Below, in pieces: positions 39,692 through 47,537 of a stretch of DNA of 64,000 bases (its first letter is position 1; the number at the start of each line of letters is the position of its first letter). The stretch is from a virus. Location of the stretch: positions 32,001 to 96,000 of the IMG/VR virus record IMGVR_UViG_3300030060_004796; one strand, written 5' to 3'. The position numbers and the translations under genes were made by a program. The notes under the pieces are model-generated. The model saw only the letters and a list, made by a program, of their open reading frames with translations, did not search any database and was not told where the DNA came from.

Positions 39692-39711
39692 TAACGTTAA
39701 ATAAAAACATT

Positions 39712-39894
39712 ATGATTAATTGGATTAACAGCTGGAAAGCTGGAAACAAAAAAGAAAAATATCAAATAGATATTAGAATTGGTAAACTAACTGTATTAGA
39801 AGTTATGTTTTGCCCATGTGAATTTTGTGAGAATGAAAAAACTTCTTGTTCAAGATTTAGATTTATGATTTTTAACTTAGGATTTGAACTGTAA
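39712..39894 (+). CDS. 60-aa hypothetical Cys-containing protein
   Basis: A-rich leader, CPCEFC...C, stop overlaps the next start. Confidence 0.55.
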   Translation: MINWINSWKAGNKKEKYQIDIRIGKLTVLEVMFCPCEFCENEKTSCSRFRFMIFNLGFEL

Positions 39895-40274
39895 TGGCAA
39901 CAAAAACTTTAAATGTAACATTAGGATTATCAACTACATCCACTATTAATGGGATCTTTACACTTAATGCAAGTGAATCAGATGCTATTAGTTATGATGA
40001 TACTGCAGCTTCTAGCGCAACTATAACTGTTGCTACAGGATCTGCATCACAGTTAGTTGACAAAACGGTGGTTACAAGTAAAAGTACATATGTTTATATA
40101 AAAAATCTAGATACAACAAATTTTGTAGCATTATATACTGATGATGCAAACCTTTGGGGAAAGATTCTTCCAGGAGAGTTTGCTTTTTTTCCAGTTGCAC
40201 CAGGAGCAGGATTTGAAGTTAAGGCTGATACAGCTGCCTGTGTAGTTGAATATGCTTTATTTGAACAACCATAA
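39894..40274 (+). CDS. 126-aa beta-rich protein, paralog 3
   Basis: YVYIKNL...ILPGEFAFFPV...VVEYALF. Confidence 0.65.
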   Translation: MATKTLNVTLGLSTTSTINGIFTLNASESDAISYDDTAASSATITVATGSASQLVDKTVVTSKSTYVYIKNLDTTNFVALYTDDANLWGKILPGEFAFFPVAPGAGFEVKADTAACVVEYALFEQP

Positions 40275-40301
40275 ATTATAAACCATTAAAAAAATAATAA
40301 G

Positions 40302-40529
40302 ATGAATTTGGAAAACATAAAAGGATTAAAAAATGTAAATGTTTCAGACAACAAAGCTGAGATGACATTCTGCGCTAATTGTAAATCATGTCCAGCAATT
40401 GACATTTCTGCTGACTCAGATAGAGTTGTAGTAGGAGGTGATGATGAAGGATACACTGAGTTTACAAAAGATCAGTTTGCATTATTTATGGATGTTGTAA
40501 AGTCTGGAGCCTTTGACAAATACCTATAA
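40302..40529 (+). CDS. 75-aa hypothetical protein with CxxCxxC
   Basis: FCANCKSCP. Confidence 0.55.
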   Translation: MNLENIKGLKNVNVSDNKAEMTFCANCKSCPAIDISADSDRVVVGGDDEGYTEFTKDQFALFMDVVKSGAFDKYL

Positions 40530-40531
40530 AA

Positions 40532-40834
40532 ATGGCAAGAAGAAGAAGAACATATGGAGGTGGTGGTGAAACAGACACTCAACCTGGAGGTGGAAGAAGA
40601 GGTGATAACTCTGGAAACAGTGGTGAAAGCAACTCTCAAACTATGAATGCTGTAAATGCTTCTGGCTCTATCACTAATGCTAATGGGAAATCTTCTAATA
40701 AATCTGCAGATGCTAATAGATCTACAGTTAAAAGAAAAAAATCTTGTAAAAGTTTAACAGGTATTACAAGAGTTAAATGTGTTCTTTCTAAATATAAAGG
40801 ACAAAGTGGGCCTGTTGGTCCAAATATGTTATAG
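40532..40834 (+). CDS. 100-aa basic Gly/Ser-rich protein ending GPVGPNML
   Basis: ORF with A-rich leader; shared C-terminal motif. Confidence 0.55.
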   Translation: MARRRRTYGGGGETDTQPGGGRRGDNSGNSGESNSQTMNAVNASGSITNANGKSSNKSADANRSTVKRKKSCKSLTGITRVKCVLSKYKGQSGPVGPNML

Positions 40835-40836
40835 TC

Positions 40837-41034
40837 ATGGCAAAGAATTGGATAAAAGGTGCAATAAAAAGACCAGGAAGATGCACTCCATTTCCAAACC
40901 CTGATTGTATGCCGGGAACACCACAATATAATCTTGCTAAAAGATTTAAAAGTGGAGACCTTAGTAAAAAGAAAAGAGGTGGTCAGGTTGCATCATGTGG
41001 ATATGGTGCAGTAGGACCAAATAAAATATTATAA
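40837..41034 (+). CDS. 65-aa basic protein (MAKNWIKGAIKRPG...) ending GAVGPNKIL
   Basis: Small basic phage-type protein; KRGG and GPN motifs. Confidence 0.6.
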   Translation: MAKNWIKGAIKRPGRCTPFPNPDCMPGTPQYNLAKRFKSGDLSKKKRGGQVASCGYGAVGPNKIL

Positions 41035-41036
41035 TT

Positions 41037-41429
41037 ATGAGTATATTAGGACAAATATTTTCAGGAGGAGCTAAAGATTTAGTAGAAGGTATAGGTGGAG
41101 TTGTAGATAACTTACACACTTCTAAAGAAGAAAAGCTTGAAGCTAAACAAAAAATGAAAGAATTAGTTGCTAACTATGAAGTAGAGATGGAAAAGCAAAT
41201 CACTTCTAGATGGGAAGCTGATATGAAATCTGACTCATGGTTAAGTAAAAACGTTAGACCATTGGTTTTAATATTTTTAGTTGTTAGTACCGTGCTATTA
41301 ATATTTATTGATGCAGGTGTTATCAACTTTGTTGTTGAAGCAAAATGGACTGACTTACTACAATTAGTATTAATCACTGTGATAGGTGCTTACTTTGGTG
41401 GTAGGTCCCTTGAGAAGACAAAAAAATAG
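41037..41429 (+). CDS. 3TM holin-like protein (GTA_holin_3TM type)
   Basis: TSKEEKLEAK...RWEADMKSDSWLSKNVRPL followed by TM helices and YFGGRSLEK. Confidence 0.8.
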   Translation: MSILGQIFSGGAKDLVEGIGGVVDNLHTSKEEKLEAKQKMKELVANYEVEMEKQITSRWEADMKSDSWLSKNVRPLVLIFLVVSTVLLIFIDAGVINFVVEAKWTDLLQLVLITVIGAYFGGRSLEKTKK

Positions 41430-41434
41430 AAACT

Positions 41435-41731
41435 ATGCCAGGATATATGAAAACCCCAATGGATATGATGGGTATGAGAGATAAAAATCTCATGAAAAGA
41501 AAAATGATGATGAATGCAAAAATAGGTAAAGAACTTAAAGAAGTACCTGGTGGTAAAGATGGTGCTGGTTTAAGAGCACTACCTAAATCAGTACGTAATA
41601 ATATGGGTTACGCTAAATATGGAGCATCTGTAAAAAAACCTAGAACTATGAAAGAGTACTATGGTGGAGGTTCCCCTTCTATGGACAAAAGAGGAAGAAG
41701 AATTCCTGGGATGTTTGATGGAATGATGTAA
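41435..41731 (+). CDS. 98-aa basic Met-rich protein
   Basis: AKYG, YYGGG, RRIPGMF motifs shared with the next gene. Confidence 0.55.
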   Translation: MPGYMKTPMDMMGMRDKNLMKRKMMMNAKIGKELKEVPGGKDGAGLRALPKSVRNNMGYAKYGASVKKPRTMKEYYGGGSPSMDKRGRRIPGMFDGMM

Positions 41732-41751
41732 AATTAAAAAAAAAAGAAATT

Positions 41752-42144
41752 ATGCCAGCAAATATAAAAAACAAAGGAAAAAAATACGGTAAATCAGGAA
41801 TGGTTGCCTATAAATATGGTGGACGTAAAGTCCCAGGAATGTTTAAAGCTCAAACTGGATTTGGTGATCCTGGGTCAAGGCCAGCAATACCAACTACAAG
41901 ATTTAATCCGTATACACACTTTAAAACTGAACAGGACTACAATGCTTGGGTTAACTCTGGATCACCTGACATTAATACATACGTACCTCCAAGGAATCCA
42001 AATATATTTAATATGAGGACACCAAGGCCTGATATGGGGAGTATGGACAGAGGTATACCACCAACAAGACCAGTAGATACTACAAAGGTTAAAAAACCAA
42101 TAATAAAAAGAGGTGGAAGTACAGGACCAAATGGAATGTTATAA
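41752..42144 (+). CDS. 130-aa basic protein with KYGG...KAQTG and a C-terminal KRGGSTGPNGML
   Basis: Shares junction motifs with the 1842-aa protein and its neighbours. Confidence 0.6.
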   Translation: MPANIKNKGKKYGKSGMVAYKYGGRKVPGMFKAQTGFGDPGSRPAIPTTRFNPYTHFKTEQDYNAWVNSGSPDINTYVPPRNPNIFNMRTPRPDMGSMDRGIPPTRPVDTTKVKKPIIKRGGSTGPNGML

Positions 42145-42278
42145 TGGCAAAAGTAAAAATATATACGTATACTAAGCCTTCTAGAAAGAAGAGGCCTGGT
42201 GTGCATGCAAAGACTAAAACAAGTAAAAGTAAAAATTCTAAGTTCTACAAGAAAGCATACGTAGGACAAGGAAAATAA
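42144..42278 (+). CDS. 44-aa highly basic peptide (not in the ORF track)
   Basis: Hand-translated MAKVKIYTYTKPSRKKRPGVHAKTKTSKSKNSKFYKKAYVGQGK; TAATG stop/start overlap. Confidence 0.6.
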   Translation: MAKVKIYTYTKPSRKKRPGVHAKTKTSKSKNSKFYKKAYVGQGK

Positions 42279-42289
42279 AATATAATGTT

Positions 42290-42658
42290 ATGGCATCAAC
42301 AATAAACTCAGTATTTACACTAGCAAGTTCTACAGGAACTGATCCTTTATCTATAAGAATAGCACCAACTTTTGCTATTGGTGATCCTACTGGCTCAGGA
42401 TCAATAACAACTAGTGCAACTACATCTGAATCTATTCTTAGTTCAGCACAAAGTGTAGATACTTATGTATTTTTAAGAAATACAGGTGCAAGTTCTGCAG
42501 GAAATGTTTTAGTAACAGATGGTGGAACTCCAGCTAATATTGCTTTACTTAAACCACAAGATTTTATGTTCATGCCTCTTAAGGGTGGAACAGGACTGAG
42601 AATTAATTACGATACAGCAACAACAACTCTAGATTGGTTTTACTGGACTAGAGGTTAA
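42290..42658 (+). CDS. 122-aa beta-rich protein, paralog 4 (most divergent)
   Basis: YVFLRNT...LLKPQDFMFMPL...LDWFYW. Confidence 0.6.
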   Translation: MASTINSVFTLASSTGTDPLSIRIAPTFAIGDPTGSGSITTSATTSESILSSAQSVDTYVFLRNTGASSAGNVLVTDGGTPANIALLKPQDFMFMPLKGGTGLRINYDTATTTLDWFYWTRG

Positions 42659-42669
42659 TACTTTTAGTT

Positions 42670-44268
42670 ATGCCAGTACCACAAATACCAAATCCATTAC
42701 CAGGAAGTCCAGGAGGTAATTATCCAGGATTCATTCCTAACTATATGTATTACTTTAAACAAAGTGCTACAGTAGAACAATATTATCAAGCAAGAAATTT
42801 ATTAGGTTTTGGTTATGCATCTTCTTCTGTATTAAATGTTTATTTTCATGGAGCTCATGATGTAAACGCAGTAGATGTTGTGGCAATTACCTTATCTGCA
42901 GGAACAACACACTCTGATGCGGCAGAATATATATTAAATTCTGTTGTATATCAACAAGTTCATCCAACTTATCATCATATAATTAGAGTTTGTGTAACTG
43001 GTGGGTCTTCATTTAGACCTGAATTTGTTTCTTGTACTATAACATATGGAGAATGTTGTGGAGGTGGTAGAAGTACAATGGATTACTGGATACTAAGTGA
43101 TGGATCTACTACACAACAAGTTGACAATACTGAAACTGTAACATTTGCAGATGGTACCTTTATAAATAATGTTGTCTCAGCAACAAATACTGTTACAACA
43201 GATTTATCTGCTGTTGATGGAACTGCTGTAGCAGGTACAAGATTTCTAAGTAAGGATAATACTTGGGATGTTCCAATTACTGGTGTATCAGGAACACTTA
43301 ATCAAATTCCTAAATTTACATCTACAACTGCTATAGGAGATAGTAGTATGGCAAATCCAGTAGATGGGGCTGTAACTATTACTGGAACAACTACCCCTTC
43401 ACTTTCACTTTATAAAGCATCTAATGAAAGACTTTTAATTAATGCTTCTGATTCCTATAGTCAATTCACTAATAAAGCTACTAGTCATATGTTATTTAAA
43501 ACTAGTGGTGGTACTAATGCTCTAACAATTCAAGAATCAAATGACCGTGTTGGTGTAGGAACAACAGGTGCACTTAGTGAATTCCATGTTGTAGGAAATA
43601 TAACAATGGTTGATGGAAACGAATCTGCTGGAAGAATTTTAACTTGTGATGCAGCTGGTACAGGATCATGGGCCGCACCAGCAGCAAGTGGTTGTGCAGA
43701 TGTATATAAAACAATAACTAATGGATCAGCTCCTTTTAGTGCTTCAGGTTGTACTGATACATTAACTATAGAATCACCTAATGGCAGCATTAGTGTAAAT
43801 ACATCAACTCAAGATACTGTAAAATTAGAATTAGATAAAGGTAAATATGAGGCTATGACTATAACTCTAACTGATGAAAATAGAGTTATGACAGATGGTA
43901 TAAAATATCAATTTAGAATGCCTTATGCTTTTACTTTAGCTGATTATCACACTGTTGCTTCTAATTGTGGAGATGCTGTAACTGCGCATATTAATGTGGC
44001 TCCTTCCGGTGGTGAAGAAGGAGCTTTTCAAGTAAAAATAGATTATAGTACACATACAAGTGGTGCAGGATCTTGGACTGCTTTAACAAGTACAAATATA
44101 CATATTGATCATAGTGAATTAACATCCCAAACTGCAGCAACACAACCTGTTTTATCCAAAACTACTCTTGCTTGTGGTGAATGGTTAAGATTTGAAGTAA
44201 CACAGTCTACTGGTGCAGAAAGAGGGTTAAAAGTAAATCTAGTTGGTTATCAAACAGCTTTAGCATAA
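42670..44268 (+). CDS. 532-aa tail fibre / receptor-binding-like protein
   Basis: T/G/S-rich; DGSTTQQVDNTETVTF and RVGVGTT...FHVVGNITMVDGNE.AGR.LT.DAAG.GSW fibre-type modules. Confidence 0.6.
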   Translation: MPVPQIPNPLPGSPGGNYPGFIPNYMYYFKQSATVEQYYQARNLLGFGYASSSVLNVYFHGAHDVNAVDVVAITLSAGTTHSDAAEYILNSVVYQQVHPTYHHIIRVCVTGGSSFRPEFVSCTITYGECCGGGRSTMDYWILSDGSTTQQVDNTETVTFADGTFINNVVSATNTVTTDLSAVDGTAVAGTRFLSKDNTWDVPITGVSGTLNQIPKFTSTTAIGDSSMANPVDGAVTITGTTTPSLSLYKASNERLLINASDSYSQFTNKATSHMLFKTSGGTNALTIQESNDRVGVGTTGALSEFHVVGNITMVDGNESAGRILTCDAAGTGSWAAPAASGCADVYKTITNGSAPFSASGCTDTLTIESPNGSISVNTSTQDTVKLELDKGKYEAMTITLTDENRVMTDGIKYQFRMPYAFTLADYHTVASNCGDAVTAHINVAPSGGEEGAFQVKIDYSTHTSGAGSWTALTSTNIHIDHSELTSQTAATQPVLSKTTLACGEWLRFEVTQSTGAERGLKVNLVGYQTALA

Positions 44269-45137
44269 TGAATAATTCAGTAATAAATGGAATGACATTC
44301 TATAGTGGAAACAATCATACATTAGAAGTTGATGGTGTTAATGATCATTTAGATTGTGGTGCAACTACAAATTTACATTTCAGTAGAGCTAACATTGCTA
44401 GCCATGGTTTAACAATAATGGTTTGGTATTATGGTAAAGGAGGTGCTCACACAGGTCCTTTTATAAATATTGGTGGAGCAGGCGGTGCAGATAATAACTA
44501 TTATGGAATTACTGTTGGTATAAATGGTAGTAATCAAGCATACATGCATACAATGGGAAACAGTACTTCTCCAGGAGCTGGTTATCAACAAAGAAATACT
44601 AGAAAAATGAGTGGCACTGTATCAGGTAATCAATGGAATCAATTAATATATGTTTTTGCTGATGCTAATACAGCAAATTGGAAAATTTATCTTAATGGAG
44701 TTAGTCAAACTTTAGCTACTTGTACAGGTACTTCATGTGGTACATCCACCACTTCTCCTGTTTATTATAGTAGCCCTAAAACTGTTATAGGGTGGAATGG
44801 TAGATCTACTAGTGCAGATTATCTTGATCAGGGTTATATAGGTGATATAGCTATTTGGAAAAGAGATATAGGTGCCGGTGGAGCACAATCTTTATATACT
44901 GTAGCAACTACTGCTCCTGCTACTAATGGTGTTGATTTATTAGCACAAAATATTTATTATCTTGAAAATGATGCTTTAGATCTTGTTGCTTGGTGGAGAA
45001 TGGGAGACCCTTATGGACCAGACACATACCCTTGGATTAATGATGAGTGGTCAGTAAATAGTGACGATACTAGATATACTGCCACAATGACTAATATGAC
45101 TAGTGGTGATATAGTAACAACAAATAAGTGGGGATAA
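44268..45137 (+). CDS. LamG/concanavalin A-like jelly-roll protein (tail or adhesion)
   Basis: LEVDGVNDHL, TIMVWY, WNQLIYVF, KIYLNG, GYIGDIAIW, LVAWWRMGD. Confidence 0.8.
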   Translation: MNNSVINGMTFYSGNNHTLEVDGVNDHLDCGATTNLHFSRANIASHGLTIMVWYYGKGGAHTGPFINIGGAGGADNNYYGITVGINGSNQAYMHTMGNSTSPGAGYQQRNTRKMSGTVSGNQWNQLIYVFADANTANWKIYLNGVSQTLATCTGTSCGTSTTSPVYYSSPKTVIGWNGRSTSADYLDQGYIGDIAIWKRDIGAGGAQSLYTVATTAPATNGVDLLAQNIYYLENDALDLVAWWRMGDPYGPDTYPWINDEWSVNSDDTRYTATMTNMTSGDIVTTNKWG

Positions 45138-45373
45138 TGAAATATTATTATATAGTTGACATATCAGATTTAAATAATATAGTTTGGGATGAGGTGGTAG
45201 AAAACAAAGATACTATTAGATATAATGTAGCTAAAGATAAATTTTTAGTTAAACATGAAGGAAATAAACCTGCTTGTTTAAATGATTATTCTTCTTATAC
45301 TAGAGAAGAAATAACAACTATTATTAATAATGAAAGTAATGGTTGGTTTGTTAGTTCAGAAGATTGGAACTAA
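45137..45373 (+). CDS. 78-aa hypothetical protein following LamG (start moved to MKYYY)
   Basis: TAATG overlap; TIRYNVAKDKFLVK motif. Confidence 0.55.
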   Translation: MKYYYIVDISDLNNIVWDEVVENKDTIRYNVAKDKFLVKHEGNKPACLNDYSSYTREEITTIINNESNGWFVSSEDWN

Positions 45374-45411
45374 AAAGAGCCAGCAGGAAATGGAAGTAAA
45401 CCTGCTGACTC
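45371..45411 (-). terminator. Intrinsic terminator of the - strand arm at the convergence point
   Basis: On -: GAGTCAGCAGG / CCTGCTGGCTC stem (one G.U), 13-nt loop, then TTTT. Confidence 0.7.
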
Positions 45412-45444
45412 TATCTAGATAAATATAAAATGTTGGTTTTATAT

Positions 45445-45765
45445 TTATTTTTCTATTCTCTCTTTAAGAAGCCCTTCCATAATGATCAGGTAATTAATAG
45501 CATCACCAAATTTTTCATTAATTAATTTTTCAGAAGGAAGTTCATCAGGAAGTTTTTTAATCATAGATTGAATTGACTCAAGATGTTTACAAGCATATTC
45601 ATAGGCAACTTGTTCAGGTTCATTATGAATTGAAAAAGCTACTCCATTTCTTAAGTTTGCAAATACGTCTTGATCATGTGAGTATTCATCTCTTTTTTTA
45701 TTAAATACTCTTTCAGTCCTATTAAAGACTCCCTGTAAAAGACATTTAAATCTACTTAGATTCAT
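45445..45765 (-). CDS. DUF1599/Nmad1-like (MazG-fold) nucleotide-modification-associated protein
   Basis: KRDEYS...FANL...KHLESI...EKFGDAINYLIIM. Confidence 0.55.
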   Translation of the reverse strand: MNLSRFKCLLQGVFNRTERVFNKKRDEYSHDQDVFANLRNGVAFSIHNEPEQVAYEYACKHLESIQSMIKKLPDELPSEKLINEKFGDAINYLIIMEGLLKERIEK

Positions 45766-45916
45766 TTGTTTTATCCGCATTTACAATTGTAGATGCATTA
45801 TTTCTAATAATACTATTTTGATCAAGATCTACATTGTTTAAGTTTGGTTCTTGATCCATTTTTACATTTGAAAGATTAGGCTCTTCCTGGGCCATTGGTT
45901 TTAAATTTTCATTCAT
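45752..45916 (-). CDS. 54-aa hypothetical protein with a short internal repeat (EPNLSNV/EPNLNNV)
   Basis: Hand-translated; fills the intergenic gap and overlaps the next start by 14 nt. Confidence 0.45.
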   Translation of the reverse strand: MNENLKPMAQEEPNLSNVKMDQEPNLNNVDLDQNSIIRNNASTIVNADKTNESK

Positions 45917-45943
45917 TTTTTTGAAATTTTAAAGGGTTAATAA

Positions 45944-46495
45944 TTAATACTCAAACTCTAAATTTAAAGTTTGTCTTTTTCCAGATGAAGGATAAGCACC
46001 ATGCCAAAGCCAAGTTGGCATTAGTATTATAAGTCCTTCTCTAGGTGCAATAGTTTTATATCTGATATAATCATTACCTTTTTTATATACGTAATAAAAA
46101 TATCCTGGATAATCTATTGATGTTTTTTCAGGAGTTTCTAAATATATAACTACTGATATTGAATTTTCATCAAATAAAGGATTATGTTGATGTAGTTTAT
46201 GCCATCCAGTTTTTTCTGCTAAAACTGTCCAAGCATTGTTTAATTTAAGATCAACATTATCTGTTTCAAATAACTTACTATATTTACTTAATACTATTTT
46301 CTTAAGAGTTTTTAATAAATCATTATCAATATACTCTCTTAAATTATATTGAATAGAATCCCCTCTTGTGCTAAGTTTTTTAAGATCAGCTTTTTGTAAG
46401 TCTTCTAAAGTAGATTTTATTTTACTCTTTATTTTGTTTAAGTTGGACGGAACTACTAGTCCTTTTATCAGCCAGTCTTCCATATTTTCTGTCAT
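45944..46495 (-). CDS. 2OG-Fe(II) oxygenase family protein
   Basis: HxH (HQH), ISVVIYL, MPTWLWHG, RQTLNLEF double-stranded beta-helix pattern. Confidence 0.8.
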   Translation of the reverse strand: MTENMEDWLIKGLVVPSNLNKIKSKIKSTLEDLQKADLKKLSTRGDSIQYNLREYIDNDLLKTLKKIVLSKYSKLFETDNVDLKLNNAWTVLAEKTGWHKLHQHNPLFDENSISVVIYLETPEKTSIDYPGYFYYVYKKGNDYIRYKTIAPREGLIILMPTWLWHGAYPSSGKRQTLNLEFEY

Positions 46496-46613
46496 AATTT
46501 TCCATGTTTTGTTCTAATTTTTTATTTTGCTCAAGTGCAATTCCTTCTCTAATAGCATATCTAGCTAAATAGAAAGTACCAACACCAACTGCTATTAATA
46601 TAAATGTACTCAT
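46422..46613 (-). CDS. 63-aa single-TM protein
   Basis: FILIAVGVGTFYLA; overlaps the oxygenase start. Confidence 0.5.
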   Translation of the reverse strand: MSTFILIAVGVGTFYLARYAIREGIALEQNKKLEQNMENYDRKYGRLADKRTSSSVQLKQNKE

Positions 46614-46615
46614 AA

Positions 46616-47452
46616 TTAAAATATATATCTGATTGTTTTTAAATTAAAATATTTACTATATAACTTTTTAAAATTATCTAATGCTCTTGCTTTTTTTCTT
46701 ACTGGATACCTAAGTGTACCACTAAGATTTTTAGGTTCATCAGAATATTTCATAAGTTCACGGGCTTCTTCACTTGCTTTATTCATTTGAAATACATGAT
46801 TAGTAAGTGCTATAACTTCACATTTATTTTCACCTGCATATTTTTTTACAAATCTAAATAAATTATCATACTCAATACTCCATCCAGGATAAAATATTAA
46901 AGGTGAATAATTTAGATGAACTTCCCAACCTAGATCTTTAAGTCTATTTACATCTTTTATTCTAGATAATATATTTTGCATTTTAGGTTCAAGTATATCT
47001 GAATACTTTTGAGGCATCAAACTTACTCTTATTCTTGGTTTTTTATTAAAATGATTTACATCTAGCTTTAACAAACCTGGATACTTAGTAGCCATAGTAC
47101 TATTTAACCTAGGATGATCATCAAATCTTTTAAGATAATCATGCAATGATTCAGGCATATGTTTTTGCATTAAAACTAAATCTGAATTACATGCTATATC
47201 TACCATTGTATATACTGGATCTTGTTGATTAGGAACTTTAATATACCCCGCCTCCCATGCAAGAACAGAATTAAATATGTCATCAACGTTTGTGTTAATA
47301 TAAACTCTTTTACCATTATATCTTGACATATAACAATATGTATTTACACAACCACCAAAGCATCCATAAATTATATTTGGTGCAATACAATCAGAGCTAT
47401 TATTATTTGTTTTAGTTATTAAAGTTTTGGTCTTTTGTTTTTTTATAGCCAT
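46616..47452 (-). CDS. Spore photoproduct lyase (SPL)-like radical SAM protein
   Basis: D.IAPN..YGC...C..YCY, DIACNSD, TMATKY, RIRVSLMP, YEVHLNYSP-like motif (WEVHLNYSP) of SPL-family proteins. Confidence 0.75.
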   Translation of the reverse strand: MAIKKQKTKTLITKTNNNSSDCIAPNIIYGCFGGCVNTYCYMSRYNGKRVYINTNVDDIFNSVLAWEAGYIKVPNQQDPVYTMVDIACNSDLVLMQKHMPESLHDYLKRFDDHPRLNSTMATKYPGLLKLDVNHFNKKPRIRVSLMPQKYSDILEPKMQNILSRIKDVNRLKDLGWEVHLNYSPLIFYPGWSIEYDNLFRFVKKYAGENKCEVIALTNHVFQMNKASEEARELMKYSDEPKNLSGTLRYPVRKKARALDNFKKLYSKYFNLKTIRYIF

Positions 47453-47474
47453 ATAATTTTTTAATTAAAGTGAA

Positions 47475-47519
47475 AAGAACCTGTATAACTAGATACTATA
47501 AAAAGTTATACAAGCTCTT
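47475..47519 (-). terminator. 16-bp hairpin after the DUF932 gene
   Basis: On -: AAGAGCTTGTATAACT / AGTTATACAGGTTCTT (two G.U), 13-nt loop, then TTCACTTT. Confidence 0.6.
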
Positions 47520-47537
47520 AACACATTCTGACATGAC

